Part shown: positions 9,817 through 19,478 of the stretch, in pieces
How positions within the stretch are numbered: position 1 is the stretch's first letter
Layout of the letters: each line of letters opens with the position of its first letter
Assembly (NCBI RefSeq): GCF_000341395.1
Contig: NC_020304.1
Coordinates: 510,001-542,000, forward strand
Source of the DNA: Desulfocapsa sulfexigens DSM 10523
Lineage (GTDB): Bacteria > Desulfobacterota > Desulfobulbia > Desulfobulbales > Desulfocapsaceae
Reading direction: 5' to 3'
Length of the DNA stretch: 32,000 nt
Translations under genes and position numbers: made by a program
The notes under the pieces: model-generated
What the model saw: only the letters and a program-made list of their open reading frames with translations
What the model was told of the DNA's origin: nothing
Database searches by the model: none

Positions 9817-11087
9817 TGCTTTTTCTCAAGACCAAAAACAGAACGAAATATATCCACCTTCATATCCGATTGATCCTTACAGCTTTCACTCTTTAGAAAA
9901 AGCATGGGATCATGGAGGAGTTTAGAAACAATGGCTCCGGCCATCCTCTCCACATTTTCTCGATCCCTGGCACTTAATCCATCCAGCCTGGGCAGAGTAC
10001 GTTCAAGCTCTGCCCTGACAATAAGATCTCCTTTTTCACGCAGAGCGGCAAGAGTTGGAGTAATTGCAAGACCCGCCAGCCAGTCTTTAAATTTTAGGGC
10101 CTCCTCATCAACGATACGGCTTGCTTTGATGGCCTCTTTGTCCCGTTCAGCTTTGTTCAACTCCACCACATTGTTCAGATCGTCAATATCGTAGAGGTAG
10201 ACATTGTCCAGATCATTCAGAGCTGGGTCAAGGTCCCTTGGCACTGCAATATCAATAAAAAACAGAGGTTTGTTGCGACGATTGCGCATAAGAGGTTTAA
10301 CATCTTCCTTATGGAGAATAACCCCTGGCGCTCCGGTGGAGCTCACTATAATATCAACCTGTTCCAACTGCTCTAACAGCTCATCCAGCCCAACTGCACG
10401 GCCATTAAAACGTTTTGCCAGATCGAGAGCATTTTCAAGGGTTCTGTTGGCAACCACAACATCTTTAGCGCCATTACCCACAAGATGTTCGGCAGCAAGT
10501 TCCGCCATTTCACCAGCGCCAATCAGCAGCACCCGCTTATTTTCAAGTGATCCAAAAATCTTCCTTGCAAGCTCAATAGCGGCATAACTGATAGAGACAG
10601 CAGAGGAACCGATTTGAGTCTCACTCCGTACCCGTTTGGCCACAGAAAAAGACTTATGCAAAAGCTTGTTGAGGATGGGACCAGTGCATTTCAATTTGGA
10701 AGACCAGCGGTACGCTTCCTTTAACTGACCTAAAATCTGAGATTCACCCACGATCATGGAATCAAGACTTGCGGCAACCATAAAGAGGTGATGGATGGCT
10801 TCTTCGTTACGATAGCAGTACAAATATTTTTCATACTGCTCGGGAGTGAGAGCATCTCCAAAAAGAAAACCAGCCAGAGCCCTCTCAACCTCAGCCCCGG
10901 CACTGGCCGAAACCAGAACCTCAACACGGTTGCAGGTCGAGAGGAGATAATACTCACGCAGACCATCAACCCTTCCTAAAGCCTCCAGGGGATCCTCGTA
11001 GCCACCGCTAAGGGCCAATTTTTCACGCACTTCAAGGGGAGTATTCTTATGATTAACCCCAAGGAGCAGGATAGTCTCACTGGGCAT
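9813..11087 (-). CDS. hemA: Glutamyl-tRNA reductase
   Basis: GVNHKNTPLEVREK, the catalytic-Cys motif LSTCNRVE, and the NADPH-binding LLIGAGEMAEL. The ATG at 11087 is preferred over the TTG at 11105. It overlaps the upstream gene by 11 nt. Confidence 0.95.
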   Translation of the reverse strand: MPSETILLLGVNHKNTPLEVREKLALSGGYEDPLEALGRVDGLREYYLLSTCNRVEVLVSASAGAEVERALAGFLFGDALTPEQYEKYLYCYRNEEAIHHLFMVAASLDSMIVGESQILGQLKEAYRWSSKLKCTGPILNKLLHKSFSVAKRVRSETQIGSSAVSISYAAIELARKIFGSLENKRVLLIGAGEMAELAAEHLVGNGAKDVVVANRTLENALDLAKRFNGRAVGLDELLEQLEQVDIIVSSTGAPGVILHKEDVKPLMRNRRNKPLFFIDIAVPRDLDPALNDLDNVYLYDIDDLNNVVELNKAERDKEAIKASRIVDEEALKFKDWLAGLAITPTLAALREKGDLIVRAELERTLPRLDGLSARDRENVERMAGAIVSKLLHDPMLFLKSESCKDQSDMKVDIFRSVFGLEKKQ

Positions 11088-11907
11088 AGCTATGCACACC
11101 CCCAAGTAGGTAATTTACTCCCCAAAGAGTGAAAATTACGGCAATAAATCCGACAATAGACATAACCGCCGCCCGTTTGCCACGCCATCCCAAAGTAAAA
11201 CGCTGATGGATCTGAGCAGCATAAAGGAACCAGGTAATAAGTGACCAGGTCTCTTTTGGATCCCAATGCCAATAGGTACCCCAGGCCTGTCTGGCCCAAA
11301 TGGAACCAGTGATAATGCCAAGGGTTAAAAGACCAAAACCGGCGGTTAAACAGTGATTATTCAACTGATCAAGCGAATCAAGTGATGGAAGGCGACTGAA
11401 AAAGAAACCGAATTTTTTAGACTTCAGTTCCCGTTCCTGAAGCAGATACATGATGGCTCCGCAGAATGCCAGGGCCAGAAACCCATAGGCCATGACAGCA
11501 ACTCCAGCATGGACAGGAAGCCACAGTGACTGCAGGGCAGGAGCAAGGGGGTGAAACTCCCTGGACACCATGGCCGCAATAAGAAGCATGATGAATACCA
11601 ATATTGAAACAAATGTTCCAAAATTCCTCACCGAATAGCGCCAATGAAAAGAAAGATAGGCCCAGGTTACAGACCATGCAAAAAAGACTACGGCCTCATG
11701 CTGGGAAGTAATGGGAGTATGCCCTGCGATTATATAACGTGAGAGAATATAGAAACTCTGCAGAACTCCTGAGCCGATAAAGATCGTTCTCGCAATTGTA
11801 CGCAGATCTTCCCGCTGGCTGAAGAAAAAAACAAGATATACTGCCGAGGCCACAAAGCTGACGACCACGACACTGTTAAACAAAAGGTAGTTGATTTCAC
11901 TCAACAT
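11077..11907 (-). CDS. Cytochrome c assembly protein family (CcsA/HemX-like heme-handling membrane protein)
   Basis: Polytopic membrane protein carrying the WWD-type motif WGTYWHWDPKETWSLITW. It sits immediately upstream of hemA, as in known hemA-associated hemX/ccsA-like genes. Confidence 0.85.
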   Translation of the reverse strand: MLSEINYLLFNSVVVVSFVASAVYLVFFFSQREDLRTIARTIFIGSGVLQSFYILSRYIIAGHTPITSQHEAVVFFAWSVTWAYLSFHWRYSVRNFGTFVSILVFIMLLIAAMVSREFHPLAPALQSLWLPVHAGVAVMAYGFLALAFCGAIMYLLQERELKSKKFGFFFSRLPSLDSLDQLNNHCLTAGFGLLTLGIITGSIWARQAWGTYWHWDPKETWSLITWFLYAAQIHQRFTLGWRGKRAAVMSIVGFIAVIFTLWGVNYLLGGVHSYAQ

Positions 11908-11934
11908 AATTGAAGCCCCCAGGGGATTGGTGCG

Positions 11935-12624
11935 TCAAGGGATCTGTTCCTTATTAAAATTTTGTATATTTTTCACCAAAAGAGAAACATCAATTTCAGT
12001 GGGTAGAATATGCTGAAGCAGCATGCTGATTTCATTCCACCGCTCTTTTCTTATATGTTCTAAGATATCACTATCCAGTAATTTTTCAAATATTCTCTTA
12101 TGGGCAACGGGACTATCACTGGATGCAACTACCCTTCTCCGGATATCACTCATCATAGCGACAAAGAGGCCGTACTCAGGGCCATAGAGAGCTGCAAGCT
12201 CCCTTTTAATCCGCGCAGCAAATGCAGGGCTGCCGCCACCAGTGGCGACGGTGAAGAGTAATTTCCCCTGCCTGAACGAAGCGGGAACCTGAAAGGTACA
12301 GGCATCCGGCATATCAGCAACATTCACCAGCACTCCGGCAGCCTTTGCTGCTGCAACTATCTGCTTCTGAATTACAGGACTATCCGTTGCTGCAAAGACA
12401 AGCCTTGCATCCCCCAGATCCCCCGTCGCATATTTTTTCTTCTGCCATTCAAGTAATTCAGATCGGGCAAGGTCTTCCAGATGAGGACATACCTCAGGAC
12501 TGATAACACGAATTATGGCACCACAGGGAAGAAGAGAATCCACCTTACGGCTGGCAACATGTCCTCCACCAACAACCAGGCAGGGCATACCGCGAACATC
12601 TAAATTAACAGGATAAAGCGCCAT
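11935..12624 (-). CDS. Precorrin-2 dehydrogenase / sirohydrochlorin ferrochelatase (siroheme synthase N-terminal-domain type, SirC/CysG-N like)
   Basis: N-terminal Rossmann motif LVVGGGHVASRKV. About 229 aa. Located in a tetrapyrrole gene context. Confidence 0.85.
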   Translation of the reverse strand: MALYPVNLDVRGMPCLVVGGGHVASRKVDSLLPCGAIIRVISPEVCPHLEDLARSELLEWQKKKYATGDLGDARLVFAATDSPVIQKQIVAAAKAAGVLVNVADMPDACTFQVPASFRQGKLLFTVATGGGSPAFAARIKRELAALYGPEYGLFVAMMSDIRRRVVASSDSPVAHKRIFEKLLDSDILEHIRKERWNEISMLLQHILPTEIDVSLLVKNIQNFNKEQIP

Positions 12625-12634
12625 AATTGTTTTT

Positions 12635-13330
12635 TTACTCTTCCTTTGCTCTCAAACGATTGATAATTATTGTGATATCCTGCCCATCCTTATGAATAGT
12701 CTGCTTGCTCCCGGCAATATTATATTCACTTCTGGCACGTTCCATAAACAGTGGCAAGCATTTTCTTCGCGCGTCGTGGGCCAGATAGATTGTTCCACCA
12801 GGCTTCAGGTATCGTCGGAACACATCAAGGAGAGGTTCAAAAAATTCTTCACGAAACAGAACCTCCGCGGCAGTAAGTATATCAAAAGGCGCCATTTCTG
12901 GCGGATCAAGCCAGTCCAGATGGGCGCATCGTACATTTGTCAAGCCGGAAGCTGCGACACTCACCTTCTGAAAGTCCATGATAATATCTTCGTAGTCAGT
13001 AAGGGTTACATCAAAGCCGCAGGCCGCTGCAGTAATCCCTGGGGCTCCGAGACCAGCTCCAATTTCCAGCAATGTCTGCCCCTTGGGATCTGGCAGGGAA
13101 GCTAAGGCATAGGAAAGAATCATGGCCGCCTCCCAGAGTTTTACCCAAAAAGGAAATTCAGTCACATCAGCAAAGGGATCCTTCCCCTCAAGGAACTCTT
13201 CAATATCTGCAACTTTCAACAGTCGAATGGACCGATCCTTGACCTTCAGCTTATCAAAGGTCAACTTGTACCTGCTACGGATACGATTGTATATTTCACG
13301 TTCTGCTTCGGGTAAGGTTCTAATATCCAT
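12635..13330 (-). CDS. Class I SAM-dependent methyltransferase (Methyltransf_16-like)
   Basis: Motif I LLEIGAGLGAPGITAA followed by the acidic loop VTLTDY. 231 aa. Confidence 0.8.
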   Translation of the reverse strand: MDIRTLPEAEREIYNRIRSRYKLTFDKLKVKDRSIRLLKVADIEEFLEGKDPFADVTEFPFWVKLWEAAMILSYALASLPDPKGQTLLEIGAGLGAPGITAAACGFDVTLTDYEDIIMDFQKVSVAASGLTNVRCAHLDWLDPPEMAPFDILTAAEVLFREEFFEPLLDVFRRYLKPGGTIYLAHDARRKCLPLFMERARSEYNIAGSKQTIHKDGQDITIIINRLRAKEE

Positions 13331-13593
13331 AACAGGTTTACAAACTCAATTAATTTCTCAGTTAATATATAACAGCTGACAAGGCATGAGAAACGCCAGC
13401 GCTGCAGGGTTATTTCAATACATTGCAGATTCCCGCCCTTCTCTGACCATACAGCAGGAATATTTTGAACAAATATCATCTCCAGGTGCACACCAACACA
13501 TGGAAACAGCAAACGGTCCTGTGCAAAAGCTTCACGAAATTCTTTTCAAAAAATTGAGATAGGCACAGACTTTAAACGAATTCCATGGAAAGT

Positions 13594-13639
13594 AAAAAAC
13601 AAAAAAAAGGGCCGATTGATATCAGTTATCAATCGGCCC
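13594..13639 (-). terminator. Rho-independent terminator of the small secreted-protein gene
   Basis: GGGCCGATTGAT / ATCAATCGGCCC forms a perfect 12-bp stem with a 7-nt loop. On the minus strand it is followed by TTTTTTTTGTTTTTT. Confidence 0.8.
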
Positions 13640-13672
13640 TCACAAGCTAACTAAAAAACGGGGTTATGTCAA

Positions 13673-13879
13673 TTAGCAACCCTCGATGGCAGCACCACCA
13701 CTTTTCTTAGCTTTAACTTTTACGCTGTCACCAGCTTTGAGGCTGTCAGCTTTCTTACAGGTCATTGTAACTTTGTCGCCATCTACTGCATCAACAGTAC
13801 ATGTAACAGTTGCTGCAACAGCTACGGTGCTTACAGCGAAAGTAAGGGCCAATAATACAGAAACGATACCTTTTTTCAT
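13673..13879 (-). CDS. Small secreted Cys-containing protein (68-aa precursor, about 45-aa mature)
   Basis: The internal ATG at 13879 is preceded by a GAGGAG RBS. Signal peptide MKKGIVSVLLALTFAVSTVAVA. The mature part has 3 Cys and ends ...AAIEGC. A strong terminator lies downstream. Confidence 0.65.
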   Translation of the reverse strand: MKKGIVSVLLALTFAVSTVAVAATVTCTVDAVDGDKVTMTCKKADSLKAGDSVKVKAKKSGGAAIEGC

Positions 13880-14008
13880 TGTTTTCTCCTCAATGACAGT
13901 TTTTTTTAGTTCCCTGGAACAATTCCAGAATTTCAGACTTACGATTTGAGTAAACAGTATAGAATCCAACCTAACACTTGTCAACCCTAATCAGTGAAAA
14001 AATGAATA

Positions 14009-14512
14009 CTAATTCATTATGCTCTTGATATCATTTTCAAGCACAACATGCGGAACATAACCGGGATATTTCTTCACCACGGTCCCCTGACTATTCACCA
14101 GAAAAGAAGTAGGGATCCCCACAACACCACCAAAATCACGGGCTGTCGATCTGTCCGCCATGAGTACGGGATAATTTATAGAGCGTTTTTCAACTAATTT
14201 CTTAACCGCCTTCGGTCCGCCTTCATCTACCGAGAGGGCAACAACTGAAAAGCCGTTAGCTCTGTATTTTTCATGGAGACGGATCAGGTCAGGAACTTCC
14301 TGCATACAGGGAGGACACCAGGTGGCAAAAAAGGTCACCAAAAGGGTCTTGCCTGAAAAAAGTTTACTATTAACAGCATCACCTGTCACCACATCGGAAA
14401 GAACGAAGGAAGGCATTTTTGATGCCGCAGCGGCTGGTTGGACAAAGAGCATCAGCACAAGAACAGTTGCAAAAAACACCCCCGCGCAACGGGAATAGCA
14501 ATTTCGTTTCAT
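14009..14512 (-). CDS. TlpA/ResA-like periplasmic thiol:disulfide oxidoreductase (thioredoxin fold)
   Basis: Signal/anchor sequence followed by the active site WCPPC (FFATWCPPCMQEVP). 167 aa. Confidence 0.9.
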   Translation of the reverse strand: MKRNCYSRCAGVFFATVLVLMLFVQPAAAASKMPSFVLSDVVTGDAVNSKLFSGKTLLVTFFATWCPPCMQEVPDLIRLHEKYRANGFSVVALSVDEGGPKAVKKLVEKRSINYPVLMADRSTARDFGGVVGIPTSFLVNSQGTVVKKYPGYVPHVVLENDIKSIMN

Positions 14513-14845
14513 AAAAAATCCTTTTTAACGGTTGAAGATTTCTTAAACAGAATCAAACACAGATTAATATAGTATTTGCTATATGCTCTAGAGCAAAGTA
14601 TTCAATCTTTAGAGAAAGTCAACCTACAACACATAGAATGACAGAGTCATCTTCCTGAAAATCCGTCTTACACTGTACCTCATAATCAACAATTCCGCTG
14701 CAATCTTTATCTTTTTTCAAAGGACAATGACTTTTTTCTTCAGAAATGCTGTCCCGATAAGCAATTTATGGTAGAGTAGCTCAATTTTATTGTCGGCTTC
14801 TCCTGTGATGCCATTCCCTTTTCCCATGAATAACACAATTCGATC

Positions 14846-15859
14846 ATGAATAAATCCCTCTGCTCCAGAGCTTTACTCACGGCCATAGTCCTTATTGCTA
14901 TCTCTCCCTTTACGTCAAGCCTCAATGCTGCCCAGCTGGTAGATCGAGTCGTCGCCATTGTAAATGATGACGTAATCACCATGTCTGAGGTAAATACCGA
15001 AGGGGCAAGCTATTTCAGACAAATCAACGAAAAAGCTCCGCCGGCACAGGTAGAGGATGCATTAGCTCGTGCCAGAGAAGAAGTACTTGGCAGTCTGATC
15101 GACAAAAAACTCATTGCCCAGGAAGCTGAAAAACAGCATGTAACAGTCTCCGACGAGGAAGTGCAGGCTGCCGCAGAGCAGATGCTCATCAACAACAAAA
15201 TCACCAGAGAAATACTCGAGACCCAGCTGGCCCAAACAGGTATGACTTACGAATCATACCTCAACAGTCTGAGGAACCAAATCCTTCAGTCCAAGCTTAT
15301 TAATTACGAAATTCGCTCCAGAATTATCATCACCGACGATATGGTTCTTGATTACTATGATACTCACTACACCAAGCATATCAGTGAGGGCGGCTACTAC
15401 CTCATGCAGATGGGCTTTATCTGGGGAAAATCCGGTGGCAACCAATCTGATGCTGTTAAATATGCTGACAAAATGGACGCAAAAAAACGCGCCGAACGGG
15501 TTCATGCTCTGGTCACAGGAGGCCAGGATTTCCGAATACTGGCCCAGAAATTCTCAGATCTTCCGTCTGCTGCTGATGGTGGGGATTTGGGCATTTTCCA
15601 GAAGGAAGATATGGCACCCTACATGCAGGATGCGATCCTGGATCTCAAACCTGGTTCAGTCAGTGAAATCATCGAAACGCCTTCCGGGTATCAGTTTTTT
15701 AAACTTCTTTCAAGCCAGGACGGTCAGATTGTGGTTCAAGCATCTTTCGACTCTGTAAAAGAAGAAATCAGAAAAAAACTCTATGACGAACAACTCAAGA
15801 AACAGTTTGATGAGTGGGTTATGGACATCAAAAACAATGCATATATCGACAAGTTGTAA
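14846..15859 (+). CDS. SurA-like periplasmic chaperone / parvulin-type peptidyl-prolyl isomerase
   Basis: Signal peptide. SurA_N-like region (DRVVAIVNDDVITMSEV). Parvulin domain (GGDLGIFQKEDMAPYMQDAILDLKPGSVSEIIETPSGYQFFKL). Confidence 0.85.
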   Translation: MNKSLCSRALLTAIVLIAISPFTSSLNAAQLVDRVVAIVNDDVITMSEVNTEGASYFRQINEKAPPAQVEDALARAREEVLGSLIDKKLIAQEAEKQHVTVSDEEVQAAAEQMLINNKITREILETQLAQTGMTYESYLNSLRNQILQSKLINYEIRSRIIITDDMVLDYYDTHYTKHISEGGYYLMQMGFIWGKSGGNQSDAVKYADKMDAKKRAERVHALVTGGQDFRILAQKFSDLPSAADGGDLGIFQKEDMAPYMQDAILDLKPGSVSEIIETPSGYQFFKLLSSQDGQIVVQASFDSVKEEIRKKLYDEQLKKQFDEWVMDIKNNAYIDKL

Positions 15860-15995
15860 GGAATTCAGACGAACTGTTTCAATCTAACAACTTTAAAACT
15901 CCAGATGACTGAACAAGACACTTCCACAGGAACAACGATTCCGCATGGATGGGGATTTTGCAAGCCACCTGTCACAGATGATCAAGGTGACCACA

Positions 15996-16907
15996 ATGTC
16001 TCATGAAGCCACACAAACAACAGAACAAACACTTGGTAGTTACCTCCGCGAACAGCGACAGCAGAAAGGACTATCACTCTCCGAGGTAAGTGATAGTACC
16101 AAAATTTCTTTGCCTATACTCAATGCCATAGAGGATAATGACTACGAGCGCATGCCAGCTGATGCATTTTGCCGGGGATTCTACAACATGTACGCAAAAC
16201 TCCTGGAACTTGATCCACAGGAGATTCTGACGCAGTACGAAGCAGGTAGAGGAATACATCCAAAAACATCCAGAAAACCCGCCAAACCACCGCTTATAGA
16301 AAGCCAGAAATTTGCAAATTACGCAGACCCCGCTCCCATCTCACCGGCAACCAGTATGACTTTTTTCATTACAGCCTGTTTAGTTATTTTTATTGGGGTC
16401 TGCTGGTATTTTAACTTCAACCCCATAAACTATATCAGCAGCAGACTCATTCCACCTCAATCAGGAATTGAGACTATTGAGCAATTCACAGTCGCGCCAG
16501 AAGAAGGTGTAACCATCAAGCCTTTACCTTCTTCCGTCAGCAGCAACCGAGAAGAAGAAGTCTCTGCAGTCATTCCCTCCTCCGCTACCCTTTCCGTTAC
16601 AGACAAGGAAACGACGGAAACATTACCCAAAGAAGGAGAAAAGGACAGCTCAGCAGTTGCACCCTACCATCTCAAAATAGACTTCAACAGCAGTGGAACA
16701 CTTAAGGTGACACTGGATGACGGTTTTGTTCTTGATAAAAACTTCAACGCTGGGGAGTCCCTGGAATGGAAGGTGGAAAAAAAGATCATACTCGACATGC
16801 CTGAATCCCTCAGCGGAACACTCACGCTCAACGGAATAGAGATACCTCTCCCTGAGACTGAAAATAACAGACGCCTGCTGTCTCTCCCAGAGGATCTTCT
16901 TGATTGA
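15996..16907 (+). CDS. RodZ-like protein (XRE-type HTH, single TM, C-terminal DUF4115-like domain)
   Basis: HTH region LGSYLREQRQQKGLSLSEVSDSTKISLPILNAIEDNDYERMP. TM segment MTFFITACLVIFIGVCWYF. Beta-rich C-terminal domain. The start is uncertain: the ATG at 15996 has an AAGGTG RBS, and alternatives exist at 15945 and 15978. Confidence 0.75.
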   Translation: MSHEATQTTEQTLGSYLREQRQQKGLSLSEVSDSTKISLPILNAIEDNDYERMPADAFCRGFYNMYAKLLELDPQEILTQYEAGRGIHPKTSRKPAKPPLIESQKFANYADPAPISPATSMTFFITACLVIFIGVCWYFNFNPINYISSRLIPPQSGIETIEQFTVAPEEGVTIKPLPSSVSSNREEEVSAVIPSSATLSVTDKETTETLPKEGEKDSSAVAPYHLKIDFNSSGTLKVTLDDGFVLDKNFNAGESLEWKVEKKIILDMPESLSGTLTLNGIEIPLPETENNRRLLSLPEDLLD

Positions 16908-17033
16908 CAGGTGATTACCAACCCGCCTTACTCATGCTTTTTCAGCCCTTTTGAAGGTTGAACATTTTGCAAATAAACAGGCTACAGTTCGGCCTTATGA
17001 CAAAAAATATGCCACCACCTCAACTCGTGAGAA

Positions 17034-17795
17034 ATGCAGCCTAAGCAACAGGCTGAATCTGCAGCCATCGTACTCGACTGCCGTGATCATGGTGAATCAG
17101 ATCTGATTGTGACCTTTTTTTGTCAACATCACGGAAGAGTAACTGGAATTGCCAAGGGAGCAAAACGCAGCAAAAAACGCTTTGTCAACAAACTAGAACT
17201 CTTCAGTTCTCTGCGCATTCTCCATACCACGCCACAAAACAACCGGCTGGCTTTTATTGCTGGAGCGGAGCTTCTGGATGGCTTCATCAACCTGCGTGAG
17301 GACATTTCCTGTTATGCAACTGCAAGTATTATCAGAGAAATCACTCTGCTAGCCACAAAAGAGGTTGAAGGTGACGAAGAACTCTACCCACTTCTGATGT
17401 GGGTTTTCAGCAGCTTAAACAATGAACGCCCTCCCATCCCTGCACTTGTCTTCTTTCTCATCCGTTTTTTTTCAATTATCGGCTACAGCCCCCAACTGAA
17501 AAGCTGCCTTGGCTGCGGCAAGCAACTTCAGTCGGACGAAACCTACCAATTTCATATCGCATCCGGGGGGATCTGCTGCAGTAAGTGTAACAGCTCAGAA
17601 CATTCAAGCAGGCACACATTATCACAGGGAACCTTGCGCTCCCTGACAACCGCACTCAACCAGCCACTGGGACGTCTCCATCGCCTGCAGCTTTCGGGAA
17701 ACAGCCAGCAGGAAGCCCTTTCCTTTCTTCACTCCTACGGACGCCAACTGTTTCAACGGGAAATTATCTCCTGGGCCTTTCTGGAAAACTTATAA
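17034..17795 (+). CDS. recO: DNA repair protein RecO
   Basis: N-terminal OB-like region (AIVLDCRDHGESDLIVTFF..GRVTGIAKGAKRSKKRF) and a Cys4 zinc motif (CLGCGK...CCSKC). 253 aa. Confidence 0.9.
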   Translation: MQPKQQAESAAIVLDCRDHGESDLIVTFFCQHHGRVTGIAKGAKRSKKRFVNKLELFSSLRILHTTPQNNRLAFIAGAELLDGFINLREDISCYATASIIREITLLATKEVEGDEELYPLLMWVFSSLNNERPPIPALVFFLIRFFSIIGYSPQLKSCLGCGKQLQSDETYQFHIASGGICCSKCNSSEHSSRHTLSQGTLRSLTTALNQPLGRLHRLQLSGNSQQEALSFLHSYGRQLFQREIISWAFLENL

Positions 17796-17801
17796 ACCTG
17801 A

Positions 17802-18731
17802 CTATTCCCTGCAATAACGAACTTCACCACTGTTTTCCACACTGGTAGAACCATCGTCGTGCTGTAAAATCAGGCCACCGTCGGTAGTAACACCATGAAC
17901 CACAGCTTCATACTGAGGATTCTCCATCACATCATAGCCAAAGAGGACTCGTTTTCCCAGGGTGTCCGACAACTCCTTCCAACGTTTCAAAATCGGATGT
18001 TCCTCTTCGTAAGTTTCTCCGCCACCTCGTGCCAGCCACCGTTCCTCTTCATATAACAGTAGCCCTATATAATAGCGCATCTTTGCCAGGAAGGAGAGTC
18101 CAAAGGAAACCGTATCAATGGAATGTCCTAAAACCTGGGTCAGTGAAATTGCGGTCTCCTGCAACTCCGGAGGAAAGGTGCTGTTGTTAAGGTTCAGCCC
18201 AAACCCAAGGAGGTGATACTGTTCCCCGTAAACCGGACTGCGGAATCCTTCAATAAGAAAGCCTGCCTGCTTTCTTCCCTGTATAAGCACATCATTGACC
18301 CAGCGAATGGCAGCCTCTGAAGCGCCAAACTGCTGCAATGCTTCACAACAGGCAATACCTGGAATTAATGGGAGAAAGTTTCTGAACGGAGCAAGAAAGG
18401 TATCGGCAAGAATCAGACAGCCCCACAGTCCACCGGGGGGGGCATACCAGGATCTGCAAAAACGCCCTTTGGAAAGAGAGAGTGAAGAGGCAAGAATAAC
18501 ACTGCCGTTGGCAACGGACCTGCCAGATTCTTCCCGGGAGGAGATATGCTCACGTGCCGTATCCATGGCACGACCAAGAGAAGGATACACAAGAACAACA
18601 GAGCCCACATAGGCCCCATAACGTAGGACCGTTGCACTGTCCGGTGAGCCTCCTTGCTTGCGCAGAGGTAACTCGACGGTTACAACATAATCATCAAGAG
18701 TGAATGGACTTAAGAGAGTTAAATTGTCCAA
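17802..18731 (-). CDS. Biotin--protein ligase family (BPL/LplA/LipB catalytic fold) protein, divergent, no HTH recognised
   Basis: SKGRFCRSWYAPPGGLW aligns with the BirA GRGRxGRxWxSPxG loop but is degenerate. RWVNDVLIQGRKQAGFLIE aligns with KWPNDL....K.aGILvE. The start is uncertain: a TTG at 18731 without SD. Confidence 0.75.
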   Translation of the reverse strand: MDNLTLLSPFTLDDYVVTVELPLRKQGGSPDSATVLRYGAYVGSVVLVYPSLGRAMDTAREHISSREESGRSVANGSVILASSLSLSKGRFCRSWYAPPGGLWGCLILADTFLAPFRNFLPLIPGIACCEALQQFGASEAAIRWVNDVLIQGRKQAGFLIEGFRSPVYGEQYHLLGFGLNLNNSTFPPELQETAISLTQVLGHSIDTVSFGLSFLAKMRYYIGLLLYEEERWLARGGGETYEEEHPILKRWKELSDTLGKRVLFGYDVMENPQYEAVVHGVTTDGGLILQHDDGSTSVENSGEVRYCRE

Positions 18732-18800
18732 AATCTAATTACGGATTTTCAAAGATAAGAAAAAAAGGCCGCATAGTTTTGGTGCCTGCAAACACCAAAA

Positions 18801-19457
18801 TTATTCTTTTTTATCCCAGTCAGCCTTAACCCTGGTAATGATTTTCTTAATAAGCGGCAGCTTATCGGCAGGACAAACCCCAATCAAAGGCGCACCCTGA
18901 TCCACAGAAACACCAGGCGTAAAATAGACAGAATGAATAACACCCTTTTCACCACTGTAATAAACAGGCGTATCCCGTTTCATCAGCGACATGATAATAA
19001 TCTCATCCCCTGGCTTAATCGACACCTCGCGGGCACTCTTTTTCTCGATACGTGACTGCACGTCCAGCGAAAAAAAGTATTTGGCTCGTTCGGGTGCGTG
19101 AAAGATAAAGAGAACTTCCTTGAGGATTGATTCTATAATCTCCTTTTTCTTCAAGGGGTGGCGAATGGTCATCAACTTCTCTCCCGCCTCCACAAAACAC
19201 CCCTCATGCTCACTGCAAAGAGAGGAAACGACACCATTGGTCAGTGCCGTAACCTTTTTCGGATTCCTCTCTCTTGTGATCTCAAAAAGAGCTGTGCCAG
19301 GAATATGTTTCCACTCACCACTGACTGCCTCTATACTGCTGCCCTCTTCGACAAGAAACCGTACCTTTCCGGTGTGACTTGCGAAAATATCAACATACTC
19401 ATAGGGATCCGAGTGGTATTTCCCTAGTATTTCATCAAAATCTATTTCGTCAGACAT
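18801..19457 (-). CDS. Protein with two tandem biotinyl/lipoyl-like (hybrid-barrel) domains. The second carries a non-canonical SLMKR lysine motif.
   Basis: The C-terminal segment GDEIIIMSLMKRDTPVYYSGEKGVIHSVYFTPGVSVDQGAPLIGV matches the layout of biotinyl domains (G-x-x-L-x-x-hE-A-M-K-M...G-x-V-x-x-h-x-V-x-x-G-x-x-V-x-x-G-x-x-L). The N-terminal half (HTGKVRFLVEEG...VEAGEKLMTI) is a second such fold without the Lys. Confidence 0.65.
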   Translation of the reverse strand: MSDEIDFDEILGKYHSDPYEYVDIFASHTGKVRFLVEEGSSIEAVSGEWKHIPGTALFEITRERNPKKVTALTNGVVSSLCSEHEGCFVEAGEKLMTIRHPLKKKEIIESILKEVLFIFHAPERAKYFFSLDVQSRIEKKSAREVSIKPGDEIIIMSLMKRDTPVYYSGEKGVIHSVYFTPGVSVDQGAPLIGVCPADKLPLIKKIITRVKADWDKKE

Positions 19458-19478
19458 TGTATATTTATGGTTTTTGTA

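Noticed and set aside
13261-13512. 83-aa minus-strand ORF overlapping the start of the methyltransferase gene.
   Set aside because: It overlaps the methyltransferase start in another frame. It has no RBS and its sequence is not protein-like.
14009-14512. Possible selenocysteine (in-frame TGA) in the TlpA-like redoxin or neighbouring small redox proteins, as seen in some deltaproteobacterial selenoproteins.
   Set aside because: The active site is an ordinary WCPPC encoded by Cys codons. I saw no ORF pair split by an in-frame TGA in this region.
14740-14982. 80-aa minus-strand ORF spanning the surA-like start.
   Set aside because: It is antisense to the well-supported SurA-like signal-peptide region and has no RBS.
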